Part shown: positions 13,241 to 24,058 of the stretch, piece by piece
How the letters are laid out: every line of letters starts with the position of its first letter
Position numbering within the stretch: the first letter of the stretch is position 1
Source of the DNA: Nemertoderma westbladi
Lineage: Eukaryota > Animalia > Xenacoelomorpha
Assembly: GCA_032718475.1 (NCBI GenBank)
Contig: JAUCBJ010007040.1
Coordinates: forward strand, 1-64,000
Length of the DNA stretch: 64,000 nt
Direction of reading: 5' to 3'
The notes under the pieces: generated by a model
Database searches by the model: none
The model's input: the letters and a program-made list of their open reading frames with translations, nothing else
Told to the model about the DNA's origin: nothing
Made by a program: the position numbers and the translations under genes

Positions 13241-13479
13241 AAGCTTTTTATGCTCTTATGACTTCTCAACATGTAAGTGTTGGAGTTGTTACACAGCATT
13301 ACGATTTTACTCTGGCATGTTTCCATAAAAAATAAAATTAATTTTATTTTATATTCTGAAAAAATGTGTTTCCAGACAAGCAGACAGATTAGATCAGCTA
13401 AGGCCGCTGTAGGCCTGCCGACAATAAGACCAAGAAAGATACCGGTACTAGGCCTATACAGTTTTTATCTTTTTAGTCA

Positions 13480-15187
13480 GACTACAGCCAGACAGCACAA
13501 TGTCACCGCTCTTAATCTCCACAGTTGTCATCGTTCTGGGCCGTTTCGTTGTGGCAGAACCATCCGATCCGCGGGGTAACCGTGCAACCCACCCAATACC
13601 CGTATTGGACTGGTTTGCCGAACACCCTGTCGCTACCGTTTCGAACTGCCGCGCCGAATCGACGGAGATGTGGTCGACGAGTTTTTAGCCTCTACTGCTC
13701 TCGTTGGGGAAGAAGATCTTGGGTCTCCTCTCCACGAACTAGAGGCCTAACTGCCTAATCGCCAAACTCTGTCTCTGGCTGGGGATATTGAGACCAACCC
13801 AGGACCCAGCAGGACGCGGGCCCCGATGATCAACTGTCCCGTCTGTCAACGAGGAACAAACTCTCGGAGTAAGATCGTCCAATGCGAGAGTTGTGACACA
13901 TTTGTACATTTAAAATGTTACCGTAGGAAAAGCAGTAATTTATTCTCCACCAGAAACAATCTTGAGCCAAGTTTTCTCTGCACTAGCTGTATTTTTACCA
14001 AACTTCCCTTTCATGATACAATTTTAGAATCAGAAACCGACGATTCATTCCTCACATCACCTCTGCAAACTCCAAGTGATGCTGAGAGTGAAACTTTTAA
14101 ATTTTTTAAGAAAAAAGGTCTGCATTTTTTGCATTTAAACGCACGATCTCTGCTTCCCAAACTTTCCGAAATTCGTATTTTAATCAATAAATCCAACCCA
14201 GCAGTTTTAACAATCTCTGAAACTTGGCTCGATGATAGCGTTTCTGATGGAGAAATTTATATTGATAATTACGTAGTTTTACGTAAAGATAGGGATAGAC
14301 ACGGTGGTGGTGTCTGTACTTACATTCGATGTGATTTAGCTAATAATCGTAGGGAAGATTTAGAGTCTTGTGACGAAGTTTTACTGGTGGAACTTTTACT
14401 TCCTAAAACTATAAACCTATTTTAATCGGTACTTTATATCAGCCCCCTAAACAGATCAGATTTTTTGCAAAATTTTGAAAATACAATTTTATGTAATCTT
14501 AGGTCAGACTGTGAAATATATTTCTTAGGTGATTTTAATATCTGTTACCATCACAAAGCATCCCCCATCTGTAAACAGTACCAAAGTATTTTAAATTTGT
14601 TTGGTTTAAAACAAAGTATTCGAGATTCTACCAGAATTACCAGTAAAACTTATACTTTACTAGATCACATCCTTTGTAATAATACCGATATTATTTCTCA
14701 ATCTGGGGTTTTACCTATAGGTCTAAGCGATCATTTTATAGTTTTTTGCACAAGAAAGACACAAAAATCTTTTTTCGGGGATCATAAAACAGTAACAGTT
14801 AGGTCTATGAAAAATTACAGTAAGGAACGCTTTTTAAGTTTGTTAGTTAATTCAGACTGGGAACCCTGTTTTAAGGCCGCTGACATTAACCTTGCGTACA
14901 CTGTTTTTAAAGATATATTTCTAAAGGCACTTAATACTGTAGCACCAATTAAAGAAATCAGTCTTAAACAACGCACTGAGCCCTGGATGACCTCGGGTAT
15001 TCTTAGTAATATCAGAGAAAGAGATAACTATTTGTATAAATTTAGTAAATACCGTGTTTTAGCTGATTATAATAATTACTGCAAATATAGAAACCTTGTC
15101 CAACGGGAAATAAAAAAAGCTAAATCTGAATATTTGTACAACAAAATAAGTGAGAATAAAGATAATCCAAAAAGTCTATGGTCTACC
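13480..15187 (+). mobile_element. CR1/L2-group LINE, 5' part (2A-like peptide, PHD finger, APE endonuclease), frameshifted
   Basis: LSLAGDIETNPGP (13769-13807), PHD finger CPVC...CESC...HLKC...CTSC, and APE motifs HLNARSL, ISETWL, GGGV, GDFN, LDHI, SDH. Broken at KSLWST by an LTR insertion. 5' end approximate. Confidence 0.9.
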
Positions 15188-16386
15188 TGTAAAAGCTTTT
15201 GCGGATATACTCAGTCCCCCTCGCCCGCAAGGTACCGTTATAGGTGTTTTAACGGACATAAAAGTCATTCTTCTATATGTGTGCTTTGGCGGACATGGTA
15301 AGGCAAAAAACCCGCAAATGCGTCAAATACCCTGGCACAGCTTAGCCTTGATGATTCAGATTACGACATCTAACAGCTGGTTGCTGACATGGAAACGGCC
15401 ATTGGACACATGGTTCTTTGTTTAGCTTAACAGCCAATCAGAGCGATTTTTTCTGTCGATGTGGAGATATTTGGCCGATCGTGCTAGGAGTGTTCAGTCT
15501 TACTGTTTTTCGTGATACTGTTGTGTTGTTTCTATCTAGGCCAGGAACACCGGCTCTAGAGTCAATTCGTTTCAGACTATAGAAGAAACATTAGTAGGCT
15601 TAAGATTATAGAGCGTATAACTGTTATCGGCTCAATCATAATATATCATAACATATCACATAACTTGTCATATCATATCTTAACCTACCGTCTTAATGCT
15701 TTTTACTGTTGTCATATTTTGTATCAGTTGGTTGAATATTATTTGGAGAACATTTATAAAGAACCCAAATTTCCCAATTTTCTTGATACACTACAGGTTA
15801 GAGAGACGGGTTACATATAGCGATTGCGACTTATATTATTGTGGTTTGTAGTGAATTTAATGCTATTTGATAAGCACTACACGAGTCAGTTGCTGTTCTC
15901 TTTATATATGATAAAATTCATTGACGGTCGGCAAATTAGTGAGCAGTATTGTGTGTTACCGGTAGTGTGCATGATTGTGGCTGATAACTAAGCATTTCCT
16001 AAAGAATGCGCCTCATACGTGAATCATAAGCCTTACCGACTTACCGTTGTGATTAGTATAAGTCATATCTCTGTTTACCTAGATAGAGCGCCACGTCCTA
16101 AAGGAACTGTTAATATTTCCCGAAAGTGAATAATATTGGTCAGAAATTATTTATTAACGATCAATCGAATAATACAGTAAGCTTACACTGCAATAATAAT
16201 CTAAGCCCTCAGAATCCAGTCTCCCGGGTATATCCAGCGGGTGAATGGACGCGCACTAGGCTGGCTTCTGCTAATGTTGTGTTTATTGGTATTAAATATT
16301 TGTCAATTTCTAAAGTCTATTTATAAACCAAAAGACATATAAATTTTGGCAGGTTAAACTGCTAAAGGTCTTCAAAAGCGCGTACA
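15188..16386 (+). repeat. 5' LTR of BEL-type element
   Basis: Matches 31318-32516; by eye only two differences were seen (15579/31709 and 15808/31938). Confidence 0.97.
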
Positions 16387-16729
16387 ATAACAGTTATTGT
16401 CTTTATTGCAGTAAGTAATAAAGTTGAAAGTACCGGTCGACCGGTTAACCTGAACCGGTACTGCTGTAGGTCAGTAGGCTGAACTGCCTGAACCGGTACT
16501 GCTGTAGGTCTGTAGGTCCAACTGTCCTAACCGGTACTTCCAGTACAAGTATATTAGTATTATTTCGATTGTGATCTATTGTATATTGTAGGCTGCCAGG
16601 GGAATAGGGATTGATCACCCCTCATTCTTTTGTATAGTTTACTTATTTCTGTCAGTTTTATTTCCTAGTAAGTTAATATTGAGCAGAAGGCGTGTAACCC
16701 TGCTCAGATTGTTCAGATAATTGTAGGCC

Positions 16730-17290
16730 GGACTGTTGTCGGATTGTTGTTGGGTCTGGAGAGATTGCGGCGTGTGTAGAGTCTGTCCGATAAAGTGCCA
16801 GTTAGTAAGTTGGGGCAGCCAGAGCTGTAAGGTCAATCCCCTCTTAAAGAATAAGTCGTACTACCGTGTTAGAACGCATACTAACTAACCATTTTGGAAT
16901 CTGCATATACTGTAGTTTATTTAGGCTTGACAGTATTCTGACAGCGTTTTTGGCCTGTGTTTGTTTGTGTGGTCTGTTCAGGTACCGTAATAGTTATTAC
17001 TCAGATATTTGTAGGCTGGATTGTTGTCTAGCTATTATTAGGTCTGAAGAGATTGCTGCGTGTGTAGAGTTTGTCTGATAAAGTGCCAGTTAGTAAGTTG
17101 GGGCAGCCAGAGCTGTAAGGTCAATCCCCTCTTAAAGAATAAGTCGTACTACCGTGTTAGAACGCATACTAACTAACCATTTTGGAATCTGCACATACGG
17201 TAGTTTATTTAGGCTTGGTGGTAGTCTGCCAGCGTTTTGTTTGTATTTTGTTTGAGTATTCTGTACGGGTAGCGTAATATTTATTATTCA
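16730..17290 (+). repeat. ~288-bp tandem duplication in the BEL 5' leader
   Basis: gataaagtgccagttagtaagttggggcagccagagc...ttggaatctgca occurs at ~16790 and ~17078. Confidence 0.9.
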
Positions 17291-19050
17291 GAGTTTATGC
17301 GATTATTCGCAACATTCATGTCCCCAAGTTTATTCCTACAGTAATTGTGTTTGTTACACATACCGTTATAGTTAAATTAACCCCGGTACTACACGGACTG
17401 CTTGGCGTAGGTAAAGACTGGTGATTTTGTGCACCGGTCACTCCAGCAGATGCCGTGGTTCTTTTAACTGTTCAAGTATATTTAACTACTGATTATTTGT
17501 TGTACCAGTATTTGTACCTAATTTAGGGTTTAGTGTACAGTGCTTTCCAAAGGTAATTAGTGTGTAGGCAGTATATTTGTGTTGTAAAGTGGTTAATAGA
17601 CACGTTGGATCTGGTAGTCCGCGGTAATTAACTTCCAGGTAGGAACACTCCGTGATACATAACGTAGTACCTACAGCGATACGGCTATAGGTCGTCAGGC
17701 GGTGGTATTTTCCTATCTGGACAGTGCAATATATTTACTACTACTTATTATTTTCAAATACCGTAGTACCCTGTCCGTTGTAATAACCAGAATTCTAACC
17801 CTTTGTTAGACTGGTTTGTAGTTTCCCTGTAAAATTACCCTAAAAATTCGTACATAATATTTTGTTGTGTTTTAATTAGAGAATTAATCTCACCCGTATC
17901 GTACGTAATTTGTAGTATTAAGTAACTTAGGTAAATTAGAATTATCTGTTTTAGTGTCCAATAAGTAGCACTCCACTGAGAGCGTACAGCTTCTGTGTAG
18001 TGACTCCCCCCAGAAATAATAACATTTATTTCAAATATTGACAAAACCCATTTTAAACGGGTATATATATATTATAAATCAACTCAAACGATTTATAAAT
18101 AGTAGGCCTGCCATACAACAATTAGGTCTCAATATCAGTTGGACTACTGCTTAAATAACGGTAATAAAGTAAGTAAAGTAACCAAGTAACCCCTAACATT
18201 CAGAAATTCAGTTATTTTTAAAATAATTGACATACCGGTATTTACAATAGGCTTATTATATTTATTCTATAAATTTAGGCTGAAATCATACCGGTATTCT
18301 GTAATTAATTCTAGTCTGTAATAATTATACTTATATATACTATAAGTGTCAGCTGTATACCGGTATTCACGATAGGCCTATTATATATTTATATATATTT
18401 GTGCTAAATTTATATACCGGTACTCTGTGACAAATCTAGTCTGTAATAATACTTATATATATACTATAAGCATACCGGTATTCTAATATATTATATATAT
18501 ATCACGCTACACTGAGTAGCAGTATCGGTAATTAATTATTAGGCTAACAGTGATACTGAATTACTAGACTTGCTTTAACTGTAATATAGCAGTAGGCATT
18601 CAACTGTACAATCAAACATGGCTGACACAAGGCAAACTCTGTCAGATAGTCTCTGGTATAGTATCAACTAACTCATATAACATATAATGTACTTGTACAA
18701 TGTAGGCCCTATTAATTACATAATAACCGCAATAATCCCCACTCCTCATTAGTCCCACTATCACTGGGATATTGCCAACTCTTCCTAATGATTCGTTTCA
18801 TATGGACCATCAGGTCAAACAGTAATTATTATATTATGAGTTATCTGGTGGTGGTGTCACGTTTAACATCGTATAATATATTTGTCATTTTGTTGAGATA
18901 AAAATAATGTTTAAGATTAAAACAATAAACTACGTATTATAACCAAACTATACTATGGCGCAGTGTGTAGTAACTAAATTTAGAATTTAGAAACTATTGC
19001 TATTAGATTATTCAGTGTTTTAAATTATATTAATATTAAAAATATTAAAT

Positions 19051-22000
19051 ATGGCCACGTACGACGTTGACGCCACAATCAAAAGATTGAAGGCCAGTAG
19101 AAGAGGTTTTAAAGCCAATTGCACACGTTCGGAAAACGTGCTCAAATCAGAAATCAATGAATTCGAGATTCTTGACTCAGATAACCGCGGCTATGTTGAG
19201 CTAGAAGCACTGGAGAGTGCACTAAATATGTTTCTGAGCGCTAACGAGAAATATGTATCGTGTCACAATGAAATATCGGAGCTCGAGGAGTCCGAAGATG
19301 TAGCCACCGAGCAGGCAGTTACTAATGCTCAGAGATCAGCCATCTATTACGCCAAAAATATTGCAAAAAAGCGGGAAGCAATACAGGGACATAGAATGTG
19401 CATAGAGACATCCAACATCTCTTCAGCAACACACGATAAGGCAAAGCCACGTCGCATGGAGACACCATCATTAAGATCACCTATAGACCTCAAGCTAGCT
19501 GATTTTGATGATTGGCACCAACGTTGGAAGGATTTCGCAGCAGCTACAAGGCTAAATGATTCAGATCTTGATGCACGAAGGGGAACACTGCGATCTGCGC
19601 TAGATCCCGAATGGACCAAGCTATGGACCGAGGGCATCATAGACATAAAACCAGATGATGACGTAAATACGATCGTCAAATTACTCAGGGTATATTTACG
19701 AGGTGAACGCCATGAACTGTTAGACCGTGTTGCCTTTGTACAACGGAAACAACAGCCAGGAGAAAATGTTACACAATACTATATGACACTTCAAATGCTA
19801 GACCGTGCTTGCGATTTTGAAGAAGTATGCGACAATGCCGACATACATAGGCATGATCGATTATTGACACAATTCGTAGCTGGGTTACGAGACTCAAAGT
19901 CCCGTCAGGAAGTGCTTAAAACACCCATGAAAAAGTTAACGATGCCAGATGTGCTTACATTAACTAAAGCCCTAGAGTCAAGCCAGATAGTTGACAACGA
20001 ATTGGAAAAGCCAAAAACTTCAACAATGCTTGCACTTGGATCTGACCACAATATTGAAATATGCGCTCTCGGGAAATCATCTTATAAGGCACAGACACAT
20101 CAGCAATACAGGAGGAGCGATGTTGTTGACGGCAAATACACCAGCACCTGTGGAAGATGCGGTCGCATTCACGATATAGACAAATGCGCAGCTAAACATA
20201 TCGTATGTTTTAATTGTGGTATCAAAGGTCATCTGTCTAAGATGTGCCACTCTAAAAGGAGGTCCGCTCAAAGCAGCAATCAATTTAATAGCATTTATGT
20301 AAAGACAACTTCATCCATATCTTCTGTGCACAATGGTGACTCACGGCTGATAAAACTTGAAACCAGCAATATAAATAATAAAAGCCGTCATGGCTTCTTG
20401 CACTGGTTAGCTGATACTGGAGCTAAGCGAAACGCTATTAGTTTGCAAGATTTAGCCGACTTAGGTGGTAATGAAGCCGTTGGTGGCATACAGATGACAC
20501 CCGACGACGACATCCTTCTTGGGCCCGACAGCAAACAGCTTGAGTCACATGGAAAAGTGCAGCTCATACTTAAACTGAATAATAAGGAATACAACACAAC
20601 TGTCCACGTCTTAGAATCTACTAATTACCCATTGTTAAGCGCTGAAGGTTGCGAAGAACTTGGCCTCATCCCAAAATATTGGCCACATAATAGATGCGAT
20701 GGACGTTGCAAGGAAGCGATATCGGCGTTGTCATTACAAAGACAACCACCCAAACCATTAACTTGTATCGAGAATGAAAAAGATAAACACGCCAAGCAAC
20801 TATGTAAGGACAAACCAAATTGTTCTAAGGAGAGACTTATTAACGAATTCCCAGAAGTATTCGCAGATGAAGGCCCACTACGACCAATGGTAGGACCACC
20901 CATGGACATCAAGCTAGAGGAGGGCGCAATCCCAACTAAAAAGTTCAAGCCATATAGTATCCCCATACATTGGGAAAAGCAGGTAAAGAATAAACTAGAA
21001 AAGATGGAGCTGGATGGTATAGTTAGAAAAGTACCCATAACTGAAACTACTGACTGGATACATCCAATGGTTGTGGTGGCAAAAAAGAATTCCACTGAGC
21101 CCCGAATAACAGTCGACCTAACTGCTCTAAATAGATATGTAAAACGCCCAGTACACCCAACCAGAACTCCGAGCGAAGAGGTAGCCAAGATACCTGGTGG
21201 GATGAAAATTTTTACAACAATGGACTCCCGCCACGGGTATTGGCAAGTTGCCCTAACGAAAGAAGCCAGCGCCTTAACAACCTTCCTCACCCCATGGGGA
21301 AGATACCAATATCTACGGAACCCAATGGGCCTATCAAGCGCAGGGGACGAACATGATTCTAGAGGTGATGATGCCTTAGATGGTATGGATAACATTAAAA
21401 AGGTTGTGGAAGATATTATCATATATGACTCAAATGAATCAGATCATGAACAACACGTCCGTTCTATATTGAAACGCCTTAAGGAAACAGGAATTACCCT
21501 TAACAAACGGAAATTTGTATACGGAGAACCACAGGTCGAATGGTGTGGTTTCCTAATCAATGGAGACGGGTACACAGTAAACCCATCACTTACATATGCG
21601 CTCCGCAGATTCCCAGAACCAAAGTCATCAACAGATGTAAGGTCATTCTGCGGTCTAATACAGCAGTTTGCTTCATTTACCACTGAATTAGCCGAATTAG
21701 CACAGCCACTAACAGCATTGACATCTACTAAAACACCATTTGTGTGGGAAGCAGATCAAAAAAACGCATTCAAATCTATAATTAATATTCTCGTATCACC
21801 AAGGGTTCTTACTAATTATCGCCCAGGAGCATCATTGCGTTTAGAAACTGACGCCACCCAAACTAAAGGATTAGGATTCGCTTTGTGGCAAGAAGAGGGG
21901 GGCGACAAGTGGAAGCTCTTACAATGCGGATCAAGGACACTAACTACAACAGAAACCCGATATTCAGCCACTGAAGTGGAACTACTCGGTGTCGTGTGGG

Positions 22001-22812
22001 CAATACACAAATGTAAAATGTTCCTTCAAGGCACTACATTCGACTTAGTAGTAGACCATAAACCATTAGTTGCTATTATAAACGGTAAAACTTTAGACCA
22101 AATTAAAACGCCTAGAATAATTCGTCTCAAAGAGAAATTAGCTAACTTCCGACCGAGAGCAATCTGGAGGCAGGGGATAGCGCATACAGTAGTAGATGTT
22201 CTGTCCAGACATCCCGTTGTACACCCAACTATTGATGATGACTACTTGGATACTGACGACATCGAAGAAATGGTGAACACGGTTGTCGGCAACTCGTCAG
22301 CAAAAATTAACGCAATACTAGCTACCGACCCTGCTGACAATAGAGCGGAAACCAAAAGTCAGATCAGCAATAACTCAATAAAAATAAACACCATCGATAT
22401 GGCGTGGCAAAAGGTAAAGAAGAGTGCTGCAGGTGATGCCACATACTGCGAATTATTGAAAATTGTAACAAATGGGTTTCCTCAAAATAAACACCTCGTT
22501 TCTATTAATTGTCGCCCATATTGGATTTATCGTAATGCACTTTCTGCATTCGACGGCATTGTCATGTATGGTGAAGAACGTATAGTCATACCAGAAACCA
22601 TGAGAAAAGACATATTACTCGGATTACACGCAGCCCATCAGGGCAGAGATCGGACACTCAGGAGAGCTAGGCAATGTGTTTTTTGGCCTGGAATTACAAA
22701 CGATGTCACAACAATGGTCGCCAGCTGCAACGATTGCGAATTGAATAAATACAGTAACCACAAAGAACCCCTAATGTCAGATAACAAAGCCAGCGCTCAG
22801 GTGAAGCAATAG
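19051..22812 (+). CDS. Gypsy Gag-Pol polyprotein (two zinc knuckles, protease, RT, RNase H, integrase zinc finger)
   Basis: CGRCGRIH/CFNCGIKGHLSKMC knuckles, LADTGA protease, RT motifs (RITVDL, GYWQV, PMGL, VVEDII), RNase H (ETDA, YSATEVELL, VDHKPL) and HHCC (HAAHQG...CNDC). Confidence 0.95.
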   Translation: MATYDVDATIKRLKASRRGFKANCTRSENVLKSEINEFEILDSDNRGYVELEALESALNMFLSANEKYVSCHNEISELEESEDVATEQAVTNAQRSAIYYAKNIAKKREAIQGHRMCIETSNISSATHDKAKPRRMETPSLRSPIDLKLADFDDWHQRWKDFAAATRLNDSDLDARRGTLRSALDPEWTKLWTEGIIDIKPDDDVNTIVKLLRVYLRGERHELLDRVAFVQRKQQPGENVTQYYMTLQMLDRACDFEEVCDNADIHRHDRLLTQFVAGLRDSKSRQEVLKTPMKKLTMPDVLTLTKALESSQIVDNELEKPKTSTMLALGSDHNIEICALGKSSYKAQTHQQYRRSDVVDGKYTSTCGRCGRIHDIDKCAAKHIVCFNCGIKGHLSKMCHSKRRSAQSSNQFNSIYVKTTSSISSVHNGDSRLIKLETSNINNKSRHGFLHWLADTGAKRNAISLQDLADLGGNEAVGGIQMTPDDDILLGPDSKQLESHGKVQLILKLNNKEYNTTVHVLESTNYPLLSAEGCEELGLIPKYWPHNRCDGRCKEAISALSLQRQPPKPLTCIENEKDKHAKQLCKDKPNCSKERLINEFPEVFADEGPLRPMVGPPMDIKLEEGAIPTKKFKPYSIPIHWEKQVKNKLEKMELDGIVRKVPITETTDWIHPMVVVAKKNSTEPRITVDLTALNRYVKRPVHPTRTPSEEVAKIPGGMKIFTTMDSRHGYWQVALTKEASALTTFLTPWGRYQYLRNPMGLSSAGDEHDSRGDDALDGMDNIKKVVEDIIIYDSNESDHEQHVRSILKRLKETGITLNKRKFVYGEPQVEWCGFLINGDGYTVNPSLTYALRRFPEPKSSTDVRSFCGLIQQFASFTTELAELAQPLTALTSTKTPFVWEADQKNAFKSIINILVSPRVLTNYRPGASLRLETDATQTKGLGFALWQEEGGDKWKLLQCGSRTLTTTETRYSATEVELLGVVWAIHKCKMFLQGTTFDLVVDHKPLVAIINGKTLDQIKTPRIIRLKEKLANFRPRAIWRQGIAHTVVDVLSRHPVVHPTIDDDYLDTDDIEEMVNTVVGNSSAKINAILATDPADNRAETKSQISNNSIKINTIDMAWQKVKKSAAGDATYCELLKIVTNGFPQNKHLVSINCRPYWIYRNALSAFDGIVMYGEERIVIPETMRKDILLGLHAAHQGRDRTLRRARQCVFWPGITNDVTTMVASCNDCELNKYSNHKEPLMSDNKASAQVKQ

Positions 22813-23684
22813 CTGCAGATTTGTTTAGCTACGCCGCCAAATCATTTCTCGTCATAGTCGATAAATATTCAGGGTGGATCGATGTGTTTGATTGTGGACA
22901 CGGTGGAGTTGACACATTCACAGTTCTCAAGAAATTTCGCATTTGGCTCGCATATATGGGTGTGCCAATTCGAGCTACCACGGACGGGGGACCGCAGTTC
23001 AGGACCGACTTCGGAAATTTCTGCAAAGAGTGGGGTATTCATCATGACCCATCCTCCCCATATAATCACGAAGCAAATGGTTACGCAGAGTCTGCGGTAA
23101 GAACTATAAAGGACATCATAAAGAAAACATCCCCAAATGGCGACATTACAACTAATCGTTTCGCCAACGCTTTATTAGAATTAAGAAATACCCCACGCTC
23201 AGATGGACTCAGTCCAGCACAACGTGTAGTTGGTAGACAAATCAAAGGTCAGTTACCAGTTCCAGAAAGAGCTCTCAAAAGAACCTGCGAAGATACGTTT
23301 GCTGTCGCTGACAAGAAAGTAGACGAAATTCGCTCGAACTCGAAAGAGTACTATGACAGGGGAACCCGAAATTTAAAGAATTTCCCAGAAGGAACACGCG
23401 TGAGAATACAAAACCCCCGGACTAAGTGCTGGGAGTTATTCGGAACTATCGTCCGTAGCGTCGGAAGGGGACGGGCCTATTCGATCCAGGCTGACAATGG
23501 CAGGCTCTATTGGAGAAACAGACGCTTCCTCCGGAAATTAAACAACGAAAATATTTCGGCACGATCCGAAGATGACATAGAGACAAGCCTAAAGACGAAC
23601 GAAAACGAGGGTAACGATAATGAGTGGATTACAGTGCGTCGAAGTAAACGTTCACGGAATACCCCGGATAGACTGACATATTGA
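22793..23684 (+). CDS. Gypsy integrase core, in the -1 frame relative to pol (single frameshift near 22790)
   Basis: RSGEAIAADLFSY...IVDKYSGW...TDGGPQF...SSPYNHEANGYAESAV catalytic DDE core; C-terminal YWRNRRFLR. Confidence 0.9.
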
Positions 23685-24058
23685 ATTGAGACTTATTGAA
23701 TTGACTGACTATTTCTCTAAACTAAACTCATTGTTGGGGTAAAGGGGGGCATGGTATAGTATCAACTAACTCATATAACATATAATGTACTTGTACAATG
23801 TAGGCCCTATTAATTACATAATAACCGCAATAATCCCCACTCCTCATTAGTCCCACTATCACTGGGATATTGCCAACTCTTCCTAATGATTCGTTTCATA
23901 TGGACCATCAGGTCAAACAGTAATTATTATATTATGAGTTATCTGGTGGTGGTGTCACGTTTAACATCGTATAATATATTTGTCATTTTGTTGAGATAAA
24001 AATAATGTTTAAGATTAAAACAATAAACTACGTATTATAACCAAACTATACTAGTCTC

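Larger units (their letters stand above)
18654..24053 (+). mobile_element. Ty3/Gypsy LTR retrotransposon (Mag-like), full length and very recent
   Basis: Identical 302-bp LTRs (18654-18955, 23752-24053), GTCTC TSD (18649-18653, 24054-24058), PBS-like TGGCGCAG at 18956, and polypurine tract ggggtaaagggggg before the 3' LTR. Confidence 0.97.

Noticed and set aside
16126-16326. Identical 66-aa ORF at 16126 and 32256
   Set aside because: It lies in the two LTR copies, starts at GTG and has no coding signal.
20625-21422. 265-aa antisense ORF and other antisense ORFs over pol, gag, RPL3 and the RTE/CRE ORFs
   Set aside because: Shadow ORFs opposite real coding sequence, with no motifs.
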